DNA of 58,255 nt from an uncultured Sulfurimonas sp. Its GTDB lineage: Bacteria > Campylobacterota > Campylobacteria > Campylobacterales > Sulfurimonadaceae. The notes beneath the pieces are model-generated. The model searched no databases. It worked only from the letters and a program-made list of their open reading frames with translations, and was not told the origin of the DNA. The stretch covers positions 1 through 58,255 of the forward strand of contig CAYZUN010000001.1 in NCBI GenBank assembly GCA_964481625.1. Reading direction: 5' to 3'. Every line of letters starts with the position of its first letter. Within the stretch, counting starts at the first letter, position 1. This document shows, one piece after another, positions 30,330-38,430 of the stretch. The position numbers were made by a program, and so were the translations under genes.

Positions 30330-31169
30330 CTAAATAATCCCTGCTTCACTCAACGCATTAGCAAACTCAGCACTCGCCACTTTAGATACTCTTTCTACTT
30401 GTTTCTTATGTTTTATATACATCTGTTTATGTTCATCAGTATCTTGTAATAGAGTCTCTTCAAAGTATCTGCTATATTCTAAAAACTCTTTGAGCATTGT
30501 ATCTATCTTTTGATGATATTCATCGCCACCAATAGACTTAACTTCAACATGATTAGGTTCAACTTTTTCTACATTCCAAACTGTTCCCTTTTTTGTCTTA
30601 ATCTTTCTACTTGCTTGCTTTGTGTAAGAAGAGAGTATATCCATTACATTCTGGCTATAACCAATTCTTGGTTCCCATGATGATAGTAGGCTAGCTTTAT
30701 CACATAACAACATGAACTTATAGAAGTTAAAGTTGATACCATCTCTTGCAGTAGTAGAAATATGGATGTGGAAGCCAGTCTCTTCGTTTGTGTAGCCATA
30801 CTTGTCAATGATAGGACATATTGTTTCTATGTAATGCTTTATTCCTGAAGCGGTAGTTATAGGTACTGAAATTTCAATGCCATTATCTTCAAGTGATATA
30901 TCTGGTTTTATCTGTATGCAGTTATTTTTGTCAGCATCTGTTGGTAGATTAACTGTGTCAACTAATATTTCTGCATTTGTAACCGCATAAATCTCTTTCG
31001 TAATGCTGTCGATGGTAGAGTTGAAGTCATGAACTTTCGTATCGATGTAAAACTCAAACTCACAACCATACTGGTACTCATCAGTTTCTTTTACTGCATG
31101 CCCATTGTAGTCGCAATTAAGATTAGCTTTGTATCTTTTTGTAGTACCGTTAGTTATATACTTCATCAT
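30330..31169 (-). CDS. Amidoligase (glutamine synthetase-like fold, Amidoligase_2-type COOH-NH2 ligase)
   Basis: 279 aa. Ordered motifs of the family read in the translation: YGCEFEFY (E-x-E strand); IQIKPDISLEDNGIEISVP (D.S....E.xS.P); ETGFHIHIS (H-x-H); NHVEVKSIGGD (E-x-K/R...GG). The start overlaps the upstream gene stop (ATGA). Confidence 0.65.
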   Translation of the reverse strand: MMKYITNGTTKRYKANLNCDYNGHAVKETDEYQYGCEFEFYIDTKVHDFNSTIDSITKEIYAVTNAEILVDTVNLPTDADKNNCIQIKPDISLEDNGIEISVPITTASGIKHYIETICPIIDKYGYTNEETGFHIHISTTARDGINFNFYKFMLLCDKASLLSSWEPRIGYSQNVMDILSSYTKQASRKIKTKKGTVWNVEKVEPNHVEVKSIGGDEYHQKIDTMLKEFLEYSRYFEETLLQDTDEHKQMYIKHKKQVERVSKVASAEFANALSEAGII

Positions 31170-31774
31170 CCCTCAATCATTGCATCTAAGGTGCTATGCA
31201 ATCTTCCAATTTTGTAATCAACATTATTAGTCCACTCTTTTAATGCTTGCTGGTCACTAGGTACATCAGAATCCTCTCGAATATATACAAAAGCTCTCTG
31301 TACACCATGATGAGATTTAACTTCTATTCTTTTTCTTACATAATAATCAGGTGCACCTTCAAACTCATCTATCTTTTTCATCAGTTCAGATCTTGTAATT
31401 TTATATAGTTCACCTTGTATCTTGGCATGTGGTGCATCTACAAGATAAGGGTAATTTCCAAAAGAGTCTTCAAACATAGCAAATTTTTTCACTGTATGTG
31501 CCTTGCCAAGTCTTTTAGCATATTTGCTAAGAAGGTTGTGGTTATCAAAGCCTTTCTTTAGTGATCCGTATACAAAGAGTAGTTCGTTGAATGTCTCTTC
31601 TTTTTTGAAGTGACCTTTGCTTACAATAGTAATAACACCATTGTCATGAAGTCTATGTAGAATCTTTCTAGTTGTATCAGTAGAAACACTATCTATCTTA
31701 GCAGCAGAAAATGGTAAAGTTGTATCTGAATCTAATGACTGCACTTTACGATGAATCTTTTCAATATAAGACAT
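31166..31774 (-). CDS. Fusion protein: N-terminal AbiEi-like winged-HTH plus C-terminal gamma-glutamylcyclotransferase (GGACT/AIG2-like)
   Basis: 202 aa. Residues ~20-58, FSAAKIDSVSTDTTRKILHRLHDNGVITIVSKGHF, resemble the AbiEi/wHTH N-domain. From residue 65: LFVYGSLKKGFDNHNLL ... IQGELYKI ... IDEFEGAPDYYVRKRIEV ... AFVYI. This is the YGSL-x-x-G and catalytic Glu (GELY) pattern of the GGCT fold. RBS AAGGAG lies 6 nt upstream of the ATG. Confidence 0.65.
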   Translation of the reverse strand: MSYIEKIHRKVQSLDSDTTLPFSAAKIDSVSTDTTRKILHRLHDNGVITIVSKGHFKKEETFNELLFVYGSLKKGFDNHNLLSKYAKRLGKAHTVKKFAMFEDSFGNYPYLVDAPHAKIQGELYKITRSELMKKIDEFEGAPDYYVRKRIEVKSHHGVQRAFVYIREDSDVPSDQQALKEWTNNVDYKIGRLHSTLDAMIEG

Positions 31775-31795
31775 TTTCTACTCCTTTAAGCTATC

Positions 31796-31832
31796 GTGAC
31801 AATATTATAGCAAAATTATATAATATTGTCAC
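31796..31832 (-). promoter_or_regulatory. Promoter and operator of the wHTH-GGCT/amidoligase cassette: perfect 14-bp inverted repeat GTGACAATATTATA-N9-TATAATATTGTCAC overlapping an extended -10
   Basis: Arms at 31796-31809 and 31819-31832 are exact reverse complements. On the minus strand, TGCTATAAT (plus-strand coordinates 31804-31812) lies 16 nt downstream of TGACAA. The gene ATG is at 31774. Confidence 0.6.
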
Positions 31833-32140
31833 TATAGTTTTTCTGTTGACTTATCTGTATAATGGACTTTAATATGAAGTATTGAATACTTTTATTCATC
31901 AGGTTGGTATTTATAAAACAAAGTAATATTATGAAATAATTGAGATTACAGTATCTTATATTTTTTTATTCTACCATCAAGTTTTATAATAATATTATCT
32001 GCCTCAGCTTTTATAAGCTGTCTAACTCATCCTAACCATAGTAGGAAATTTTATAACTATTTGAGTACTTATATGCCTGATTGGAAGAAGAGGAAAGAGC
32101 GGTTGGAACTACCTCAGTAATCTTATTATTTGTAGGGTGT

Positions 32141-32168
32141 AGGAGTTCAAATCTCCCCGATCGCACCA
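32141..32168 (+). pseudogene. tRNA 3'-end fragment (T-arm, acceptor 3' strand and CCA) with no matching 5' half
   Basis: AGGAGTTCAAATCTCCCCGATCGCACCA resembles the tRNA-Leu 3' end GGAAGTTCAAATCTTCTCTGGTGCACCA. They share GTTCAAATCT and GCACCA, and the following TCTT..AA is also similar. I could not find a complementary 5' acceptor strand (GCGATCG) upstream. Confidence 0.5.
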
Positions 32169-32184
32169 TCTTCAAGAAGTAAAC

Positions 32185-33477
32185 TTACATTGATAAATAT
32201 TGCCACTTATAAAATGGCACTAGTTTTATCTCAATATCATCTTGAATAATTTCATCTTCACTATCATATGTGACAATAATACCACTACTGAGATTAAAAT
32301 TTTTACATGCCGCAACAAGACCTTTAGTTTCTCTATATTTAGTATCTTCATCACTCATATCATAGGTAACTTGAATAGCATGTGTAATTGAATTTTGTTC
32401 GTGAATAATAAAATCACATTCGCTGTTTGAGTCACGATAATAAAATATTTCTTTGTTGTTTCTTCTAAGTTCTAAAAATACTGCATTTTCTAAAGATTTA
32501 CCAATGTTATCAGAGAACTTAAACTCAGTGGCATTGTTTAGCCCTATATCTATACTATAAATCTTTTTCTCACCAAGTTCTTTATTTACAAGTGACTTGT
32601 CATAACGGTGCAGTGTTAGTGCTAGGTAAATGTTCTGTACATAATCTAAAAAATCATAGAGTGTATTTTTACCTATTTTGATGCCATTAGATTTGAGTTC
32701 ATTGTAAATTTTGTTAATAGATATTTGCTTTGTTGAAGAAGCTATTATTCGTTTCAAAAAGAATTTTAAAGCAACAGTATTACTAATATTATATCTCTCT
32801 GCTAGGTCTTTATAGAGTAGTACATTAAAATACTCTTGTAATGTTTGGTTTCTATACCGTTCTTCTAAAAATAGTGTTTCAGGAAAACTACCATTTTTTA
32901 AAAAGCTCTCCTGTGCATTTTTGATATGAGCTAAACTTTTTGAAGAGTATAAATCTACTTCAATATCTTTGAATAAAAGGTACTCACTAAAAGAGAGAGG
33001 ATAAACTTCATAAGATAAAGTTCGCCCTCTTAAACTTGTGGCAATTTCAGAACTAAGTAGTTTTGAGTTGGAACCGGTGATGAATATGTTTTTACTGATG
33101 GTGTCATACACCCGTCTTATAAACTTTTCCCATCCGGTAATATTTTGAATTTCATCAAAGAAGAGATAACATTCATTTAGGTTTTGATCAGGATAAAGCT
33201 CATTAAAGCTTTGAAGTATTAAATCAAGTTTATCGACCTCTAGCTCAAGTCGCTCATCTTCAAAGTTAAGAAATAGTATTTTTGTTTTATCGATGCTGTT
33301 AGACAGTTGATTTATCATGTCATATAATATTGATGTTTTTCCACATCGTCTAACACCTATAAGTGTAATAATCTTTTTAGTGTCAAGCGGAGGTTGCAGT
33401 GCACGAGGTTTTACATCAAAATTATCATTAAGATGGAAATCTCTAATAATATGTTTTAGCTGTTCTTTCTTTTTCAT
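32185..33477 (-). CDS. AAA+ ATPase with C-terminal DUF4143-like (restriction-endonuclease-like) domain (COG1373 type)
   Basis: 430 aa. Walker A GVRRCGKTS, Walker B LFFDEIQ, and overall architecture and length typical of AAA_14 + DUF4143 ATP-binding proteins. Confidence 0.7.
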   Translation of the reverse strand: MKKKEQLKHIIRDFHLNDNFDVKPRALQPPLDTKKIITLIGVRRCGKTSILYDMINQLSNSIDKTKILFLNFEDERLELEVDKLDLILQSFNELYPDQNLNECYLFFDEIQNITGWEKFIRRVYDTISKNIFITGSNSKLLSSEIATSLRGRTLSYEVYPLSFSEYLLFKDIEVDLYSSKSLAHIKNAQESFLKNGSFPETLFLEERYRNQTLQEYFNVLLYKDLAERYNISNTVALKFFLKRIIASSTKQISINKIYNELKSNGIKIGKNTLYDFLDYVQNIYLALTLHRYDKSLVNKELGEKKIYSIDIGLNNATEFKFSDNIGKSLENAVFLELRRNNKEIFYYRDSNSECDFIIHEQNSITHAIQVTYDMSDEDTKYRETKGLVAACKNFNLSSGIIVTYDSEDEIIQDDIEIKLVPFYKWQYLSM

Positions 33478-33620
33478 AAGGAAGATTATATATGATTTTA
33501 TCTTTTATATAGATAAAGTTGAGTTTTGTATAGATTAGATTTTTTTCAGAAATTTTCATCATTTTTAGGTTATGATAAAGTCTATATATGTAGTTTATGT
33601 TTAAAAAAAGGCATTAGTTT

Positions 33621-34397
33621 ATGAAAATAGATGGTCGTTTCTGGCTTACTAAAAATGGACAGAGTTTTCTCGGTAATGGACGGATTGAACTGCTTGAGCA
33701 GATTGACAAGACAGGTTCCATGAATGCCGCGGCTAAAGCTATGAAGATGAGCTATAAAGCGGCATGGGAACGTGTTAATCAGATGAATAATCTTGCTGAT
33801 GTCCCAATGATTGAAAAAATTAAAGGAGGCAAGGGTGGTGGAGGTACTGTTCTTACTCCTCATGCTCATGAACTCATTAAAACCTTTAAACGCTTTGAAG
33901 TCTTGCATAGAGAGTTTATTGAACGCTTTGCTGAAGCGGGGGATGATCCTGAACGCTTGGCACGAATACTGAGTCGGATGTTTTTAACTACAAGTGCTCG
34001 AAATCAATTTACATGTAAAATAAAATCTATAAAAGAACATGGTGTAAGTGGTGCCATGGAGTTACAACTTTCAGGGGGCAATAAACTCTCAGCAGACATT
34101 ACGCTTAAATCAATTCGCAGTATGGGGCTTAGTGTTGGGTGTGATGCCTATGCTATTATTAAATCGAGTGATGTAATCATTGTCAATGAAGCTCCTAAAA
34201 ATAGCAATACACTCAATATTCTCCAAGGTATTATTGTTAAGATTGAATCTTCAGGTGAAAATGCCGAGGTCACATTTGTTTTAGAGGGTGGTGAAGAACT
34301 CATTGGTGTAATTAGTTTACAAGAGAGCAGCTCATTAAAGCTAAAGGAACCTGCTTACGCTTGCATTGAACAACGTCATATTATCCTAGGATTATAA
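33621..34397 (+). CDS. modE: Molybdate-responsive transcriptional regulator ModE (HTH plus two TOBE/Mop domains)
   Basis: 258 aa. N-terminus GRIELLEQIDKTGSMNAAAKAMKMSYKAAWERVNQMN is the ModE-type HTH. The C-terminal half carries tandem TOBE repeats (SARNQFTCKIKSI..., NILQGIIVKIE...). Confidence 0.85.
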   Translation: MKIDGRFWLTKNGQSFLGNGRIELLEQIDKTGSMNAAAKAMKMSYKAAWERVNQMNNLADVPMIEKIKGGKGGGGTVLTPHAHELIKTFKRFEVLHREFIERFAEAGDDPERLARILSRMFLTTSARNQFTCKIKSIKEHGVSGAMELQLSGGNKLSADITLKSIRSMGLSVGCDAYAIIKSSDVIIVNEAPKNSNTLNILQGIIVKIESSGENAEVTFVLEGGEELIGVISLQESSSLKLKEPAYACIEQRHIILGL

Positions 34398-34424
34398 TCT
34401 CCTTAAGATTTATTTTAGAAGAAT

Positions 34425-34448
34425 CGTTATATCATTTGAAACATAACG
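34425..34448 (+). promoter_or_regulatory. Predicted ModE operator CGTTATAT-N8-ACATAACG upstream of modA
   Basis: Imperfect inverted repeat read at 34425-34432 / 34441-34448. The half-sites and 8-nt spacing match my recollection of the E. coli modA operator (CGTTATAT-N8-ACATAACG). It sits 18 nt upstream of the preferred modA start. Confidence 0.55.
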
Positions 34449-34465
34449 AAAAATCAGGGCTTAAG

Positions 34466-35215
34466 ATGTTAAAAAAATTACTACTGGGAAGTTTACTTTT
34501 AGGAAGTTCTCTATTTGCAGGAAGCATCACCGTAGCAGTTGCCGCAAATGTAAGTTATGCCATTGAGACTCTTAAAAAAGAATTTAACATACTTTATCCA
34601 AACACAGAGGTAAAAGTAACCCTTGGAAGCAGTGGAAAACTAACGGCTCAAATAAAAAATGGTGCTCCCTATGAGCTTTTTATGGCAGCAGATATGAAAT
34701 ACCCCAATGCCTTGTATGAAGAGGGTATCGCAGTGACGAGACCCCTTATTTATGCCCAAGGAGGTTTGGCGCATCTGAGCATCAAAAAACAGGATTTCTC
34801 AAAAGGTATCAACCTTGTTAAGGATAGTAAAATCTCTAAAATTGCTATTGCCAATCCAAAAACAGCTCCTTATGGTAAAGCTGCTGTTGAGGCTATGAAA
34901 AATGGCGGTGTATATGACGAAGCAGCAAAAAAATTTGTTTATGCAGAATCTGCTTCGCAAACCGTATCGTATGCCGTTATTGCCGCTGATCTTGGATTTA
35001 TAGCTAAGTCTGCACTTTACAGTCCAAAAATGGCTCACTATAAAAAAGGCATTAATTGGGCTGAGGTAGATCCTAAACTTTATACTCCTATTAATCAAGG
35101 AATAGTAATACTTAAAAATGGTGAAACCAATAGTGAAGTAGCAGCTTTTTACAGTTTTATTTTCAGTAAAAAGGCAGCAAAAATATTTAACGATTTTGGA
35201 TACGCGGTACCATGA
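34466..35215 (+). CDS. modA: Molybdate ABC transporter substrate-binding protein
   Basis: Signal peptide MLKKLLLGSLLLGSSLFAGS followed by ITVAVAANVSYA..., GSSGKL..QI..GAP.DLF..AD pattern of ModA. I prefer the ATG at 34466 over the ORF-track start at 34436, which would lie inside the ModE box. Confidence 0.85.
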   Translation: MLKKLLLGSLLLGSSLFAGSITVAVAANVSYAIETLKKEFNILYPNTEVKVTLGSSGKLTAQIKNGAPYELFMAADMKYPNALYEEGIAVTRPLIYAQGGLAHLSIKKQDFSKGINLVKDSKISKIAIANPKTAPYGKAAVEAMKNGGVYDEAAKKFVYAESASQTVSYAVIAADLGFIAKSALYSPKMAHYKKGINWAEVDPKLYTPINQGIVILKNGETNSEVAAFYSFIFSKKAAKIFNDFGYAVP

Positions 35216-35607
35216 GTAAGCTAGAAGCTCTCATTAAGCAGATTGACACAATTGATAATCTCAACATTGTCACCTTTGATTTTTATGGGACACATTTACA
35301 AATGATGAGTCTTGATTTAAGTGAGAAAATGAAAGTCGGTAAAAGAGTATTATTAAGTGTTAACCCAACTGTTGTAGCAATTGGCAAAGATTTTAGTGGT
35401 AGACTTAGTTATTCAAACCAAATTAACGCCACAATACAATCTATTGAAAAAGGGGAGCTTCTTAGCAGCATAAAACTCTCTTTACACGCTAATTCTTTAG
35501 AATCAATCATTACAACGCACTCTGTAAGAAATATGAATCTAAACGTTGGAGATGAAGTGACAGCTTTAATCAACGCTAGTGATCTCTCAATTGCAAAGAC
35601 TTTATAA
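35212..35607 (+). CDS. TOBE/Mop-domain molybdate-binding protein
   Basis: 131 aa with two TOBE-like halves (e.g. [21 protein letters not shown]), located between modA and modB as in Campylobacter mod loci. Confidence 0.6.
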   Translation: MSKLEALIKQIDTIDNLNIVTFDFYGTHLQMMSLDLSEKMKVGKRVLLSVNPTVVAIGKDFSGRLSYSNQINATIQSIEKGELLSSIKLSLHANSLESIITTHSVRNMNLNVGDEVTALINASDLSIAKTL

Positions 35608-36299
35608 TGATAGAGCTGCTTAAATCTATAGAATTTGCCCCTTTTTTACTCTCTTTTAAACTTGCTGGCATCACTACTTTAATTCTGTTTGTAATCAGTT
35701 TGCCTCTTGCTTGGTATCTGTCTCAAACCAAATCAAAAGCGAAGCCGTTTCTTGAAGCCATTACTGCACTCCCCATTGTTTTACCACCCTCTGTTTTGGG
35801 ATTTTATATTCTTGTCGCACTCTCTCAAAATTCCCCAATAGGAGCATTTTTTGAAGAATATTTTGGAGTTAAACTGGTTTTTAATTTTACGGGATTGGTA
35901 GTTGCTAGCTGTTTTTATTCTCTGCCTTTTATGGTTCAGCCATTGCAGAGCGGTTTTGAGAGTTTAAATAAGAATATGCTTGAAGCGAGTTACATTAGTG
36001 GAAAAAGTAGATTTGAAACTGTTTTAAAAGTAGCATTGCCAAATATTAAACCGGCACTGCTTACGGCAATTATTGTAACCTTTGCGCACACTGTCGGCGA
36101 GTTTGGAGTGGTTTTGATGGTAGGGGGAAGTATCCCCGGTGAGACTAAAGTCGCTTCGGTAGCAATATACGAGTTTGTTGAGATCATGGATTATGAATCT
36201 GCTCATATTTATAGTGCGATTATGGTGGTCATTAGCTTTTTAGTTCTTTTGAGTGTTTATATTTTTAATCATAAGCAAAATAGAAAATTTGGTATCTGA
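35607..36299 (+). CDS. modB: Molybdate ABC transporter permease
   Basis: 230 aa, 5-6 TM. EAA-like loop [26 protein letters not shown]. Confidence 0.88.
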   Translation: MIELLKSIEFAPFLLSFKLAGITTLILFVISLPLAWYLSQTKSKAKPFLEAITALPIVLPPSVLGFYILVALSQNSPIGAFFEEYFGVKLVFNFTGLVVASCFYSLPFMVQPLQSGFESLNKNMLEASYISGKSRFETVLKVALPNIKPALLTAIIVTFAHTVGEFGVVLMVGGSIPGETKVASVAIYEFVEIMDYESAHIYSAIMVVISFLVLLSVYIFNHKQNRKFGI

Positions 36300-36300
36300 A

Positions 36301-37161
36301 ATGATAAAAATCAACATCAATAAAAAACTTCATGGCAGCGATGGAGCAATGGATTTACATGTAAATGTTGAGATAAAAGAGCATGATTTTATTGCACTTA
36401 CGGGGCAGAGTGGAAGCGGAAAAACGACACTGCTTAGAATTTTGGCGGGGCTTGAAGATGCAAAAGGAATCTTGAAAATTGATAATGAAGTGTGGCAAGA
36501 TGCTTCGCAGTCCCTACCATCACAAAAAAGAGGCATCGGTTTTGTTTTTCAAGATTATGCACTGTTTCCCAATATGACTATAGAAGAGAATCTGCTTTTT
36601 GTAAACAAAGACAAAAATTTGGCACATCATCTTTTAGAGCTAACTGAGTTAGAATCACTTAAAAACAGAGTGCCAAACACCCTAAGTGGCGGGCAGCAAC
36701 AGCGTGTTGCTCTGTGCCGTGCTTTAATGAATCGACCAAAACTTCTGCTGATGGATGAACCGCTTTCAGCATTAGACCCTCTTATGAGAACAAAACTTCA
36801 AAATGAGATTTTAACACTGCATCGTGAGTTTGGGACGACTACCATTATGGTCAGCCATGACCCCAGTGAAATTTATCGCCTTGCCAATCGTGTCGTAGTG
36901 TTGCATCAAGGGAAAATCATTAATGACGGTACACCAAAAGAGGTACTGCTTAAAACCAGCGGCTCTCAAAAGTTTTCGTTTGAGGGAGAGCTGCTTGAGA
37001 TTGTCAAAGTAGATGTGATCTATATCGCTATCATATCCATAGGACAACAGCTTGTGGAGGTAGTCGTTACTAGCGAAGAAGCTAAGAATTTGAAAATAGG
37101 TGAGCGTGTCAGCGTAAGCACGAAAGCATTTGCACCAAATATACATGTAATTTTAAAATGA
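36301..37161 (+). CDS. modC: Molybdate ABC transporter ATP-binding protein with C-terminal TOBE domain
   Basis: Walker A GQSGSGKTT, signature LSGGQQQRV, Walker B LLLMDEP. I prefer the ATG at 36301 (MIKININKKL), right after the modB stop, over the ORF-track start at 36253, which overlaps modB. Confidence 0.88.
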   Translation: MIKININKKLHGSDGAMDLHVNVEIKEHDFIALTGQSGSGKTTLLRILAGLEDAKGILKIDNEVWQDASQSLPSQKRGIGFVFQDYALFPNMTIEENLLFVNKDKNLAHHLLELTELESLKNRVPNTLSGGQQQRVALCRALMNRPKLLLMDEPLSALDPLMRTKLQNEILTLHREFGTTTIMVSHDPSEIYRLANRVVVLHQGKIINDGTPKEVLLKTSGSQKFSFEGELLEIVKVDVIYIAIISIGQQLVEVVVTSEEAKNLKIGERVSVSTKAFAPNIHVILK

Positions 37162-37198
37162 TGTATAATATGTCAAATTATAATAAAGGGGAGAGAGA

Positions 37199-37708
37199 AT
37201 GGATACTACAAAGTTTAAGGGAACAACGGTCAATCTTATAGATGAGAGTGTTAATGTGGGGGATGTAGCTCCCATAGCTACGGCTATTGCAACGGATTTG
37301 AGTGATATTCAAGTGGGTGGTGCTCAAGATAAAATTCAGCTTATTGTCACCGTACCCTCTTTAGATACGGGAACTTGTGCAGCAGAGACACGCCGTTTTA
37401 ACAGCGATGTCAATAATTTAGATATCTGTACAACAACGGTTATCTCAATGGATCTTCCATTCGCATCCGATCGTTTCTGTAGCACTGAAGGCATTGAAAA
37501 CTTAACCGTAGCATCCGATTACCTAGACAAAGAGGTTAGTCGTGCGTATGGTGTGCTGATGAAAGATGGAAAACTTAAAGGTTTAAGTGCACGTACCGTA
37601 TTTGTCGTTGATCGTAGCGGTACGGTTGTTTATAAAGAGATTGTTGAAGAAGTTACCGATGAGCCTAATTATGAAGCAGCACTTGATGCGATCAAGGAAG
37701 CACGTTAA
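37199..37708 (+). CDS. tpx: Thiol peroxidase (atypical 2-Cys peroxiredoxin Tpx)
   Basis: 169 aa. VPSLDTGTCAAE active-site motif and a second Cys in FASDRFCS. Confidence 0.88.
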   Translation: MDTTKFKGTTVNLIDESVNVGDVAPIATAIATDLSDIQVGGAQDKIQLIVTVPSLDTGTCAAETRRFNSDVNNLDICTTTVISMDLPFASDRFCSTEGIENLTVASDYLDKEVSRAYGVLMKDGKLKGLSARTVFVVDRSGTVVYKEIVEEVTDEPNYEAALDAIKEAR

Positions 37709-37726
37709 TTTTCACAGGAGAAGAAG

Positions 37727-38341
37727 ATGAGTAGTGTTGAAAAAATTGCACTTATCTTTTTTTCCCTACTGCTTGTTATTTTTCTTTTTAAAGAGAAAGA
37801 GGGTGCTATTGAAGTGTTGCATAAAGAATATAAGACGGTACTAGCCTTTGGTGACAGTCTCACTTTTGGTTACGGTACTGTTGCCTCTCAAAGTTATCCA
37901 AGCCATCTTTCAAACCTCTTAGGTGTTGAAGTAATTAATGAAGGTATTTCAGGTGAAGTTTCATCTGATGGACTCAAACGCCTCCCTAAACTATTAAAAG
38001 AGTACCAACCCGATTTAATTATTATCTGTCATGGCGGTAATGACATACTGCGTAAAGTATCTAAAGAGGTATTGCGGCAAAATTTAGAGTCAATGGTTCA
38101 GATTTCTCAAGCTGTTGGGGTTGATGTACTGCTTGTCGCAGTTCCTAACTTATCGCTTTTTGGGCTTGATGTTATGCCGCTTTATGAAGAAATTTCTCAA
38201 AAGTACAATACTTTGTTTGAAGAAGATATTTTAAGTAAAACACTTAGTAATAGTGACTTAAAAAGTGATCAAATTCATCCCAATGCACAAGGATATTTAG
38301 AGATGGCAAAAGCATTTAGAATGGTTATTCAAGTTGATTAA
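37727..38341 (+). CDS. SGNH/GDSL-family arylesterase/lipase (TesA-like)
   Basis: 204 aa. N-terminal anchor, block I AFGDSLTFGYG, block III CHGGND, block V DQIHPN. Confidence 0.8.
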   Translation: MSSVEKIALIFFSLLLVIFLFKEKEGAIEVLHKEYKTVLAFGDSLTFGYGTVASQSYPSHLSNLLGVEVINEGISGEVSSDGLKRLPKLLKEYQPDLIIICHGGNDILRKVSKEVLRQNLESMVQISQAVGVDVLLVAVPNLSLFGLDVMPLYEEISQKYNTLFEEDILSKTLSNSDLKSDQIHPNAQGYLEMAKAFRMVIQVD

Positions 38342-38430
38342 AAATTAATCAGTTGTAATATAGTTTTTTTTAAATACTATATTATAATATAATAACCTGT
38401 TTCAAAAGCGTATTACTTACAGTTTGGAGT

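Larger units (their letters stand above)
29985..33540. mobile_element. Low-GC accessory islet next to tRNA-Leu (decayed integrative element or defence islet). No integrase or transposase is present.
   Basis: Begins right after the tRNA 3' end. Spot counts give about 27-30% GC (two 60-nt lines counted by hand) against visibly higher GC in flanking core genes. Contains three minus-strand accessory genes, a tRNA 3'-end fragment at 32141-32168 and several short repeat families, and no copy of the TACATGTA motif. Boundaries are approximate. Confidence 0.4.

Noticed and set aside
30157-31832. Interpreting the cassette as a transposon or MITE-like element bounded by terminal inverted repeats (TGACAATGATATTA ... 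TATAATATTGTCA)
   Set aside because: No transposase gene and no visible target-site duplication. The right-hand repeat is itself a complete palindromic operator overlapping the promoter, so regulatory binding sites are the simpler explanation. Retained only as an alternative under the repeat-cluster finding.
32041-32168. A complete tRNA or tmRNA ending at 32168
   Set aside because: Only the T-arm, 3' acceptor strand and CCA are recognisable. There is no complementary 5' acceptor strand, D-arm or anticodon arm in the preceding ~130 nt. The acceptor sequence is incompatible with tmRNA (no GGGGCUG / G-U identity pair).
33582-33908. 108-aa minus-strand ORF overlapping modE, and similar antisense ORFs (8448..8798, 22544..22771, 28978..29280, 36811..37146, 52668..52982, 56722..57045 and others)
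   Set aside because: Each is embedded antisense or out of frame in a gene with strong family motifs, and has no motifs of its own. Treated as non-coding.
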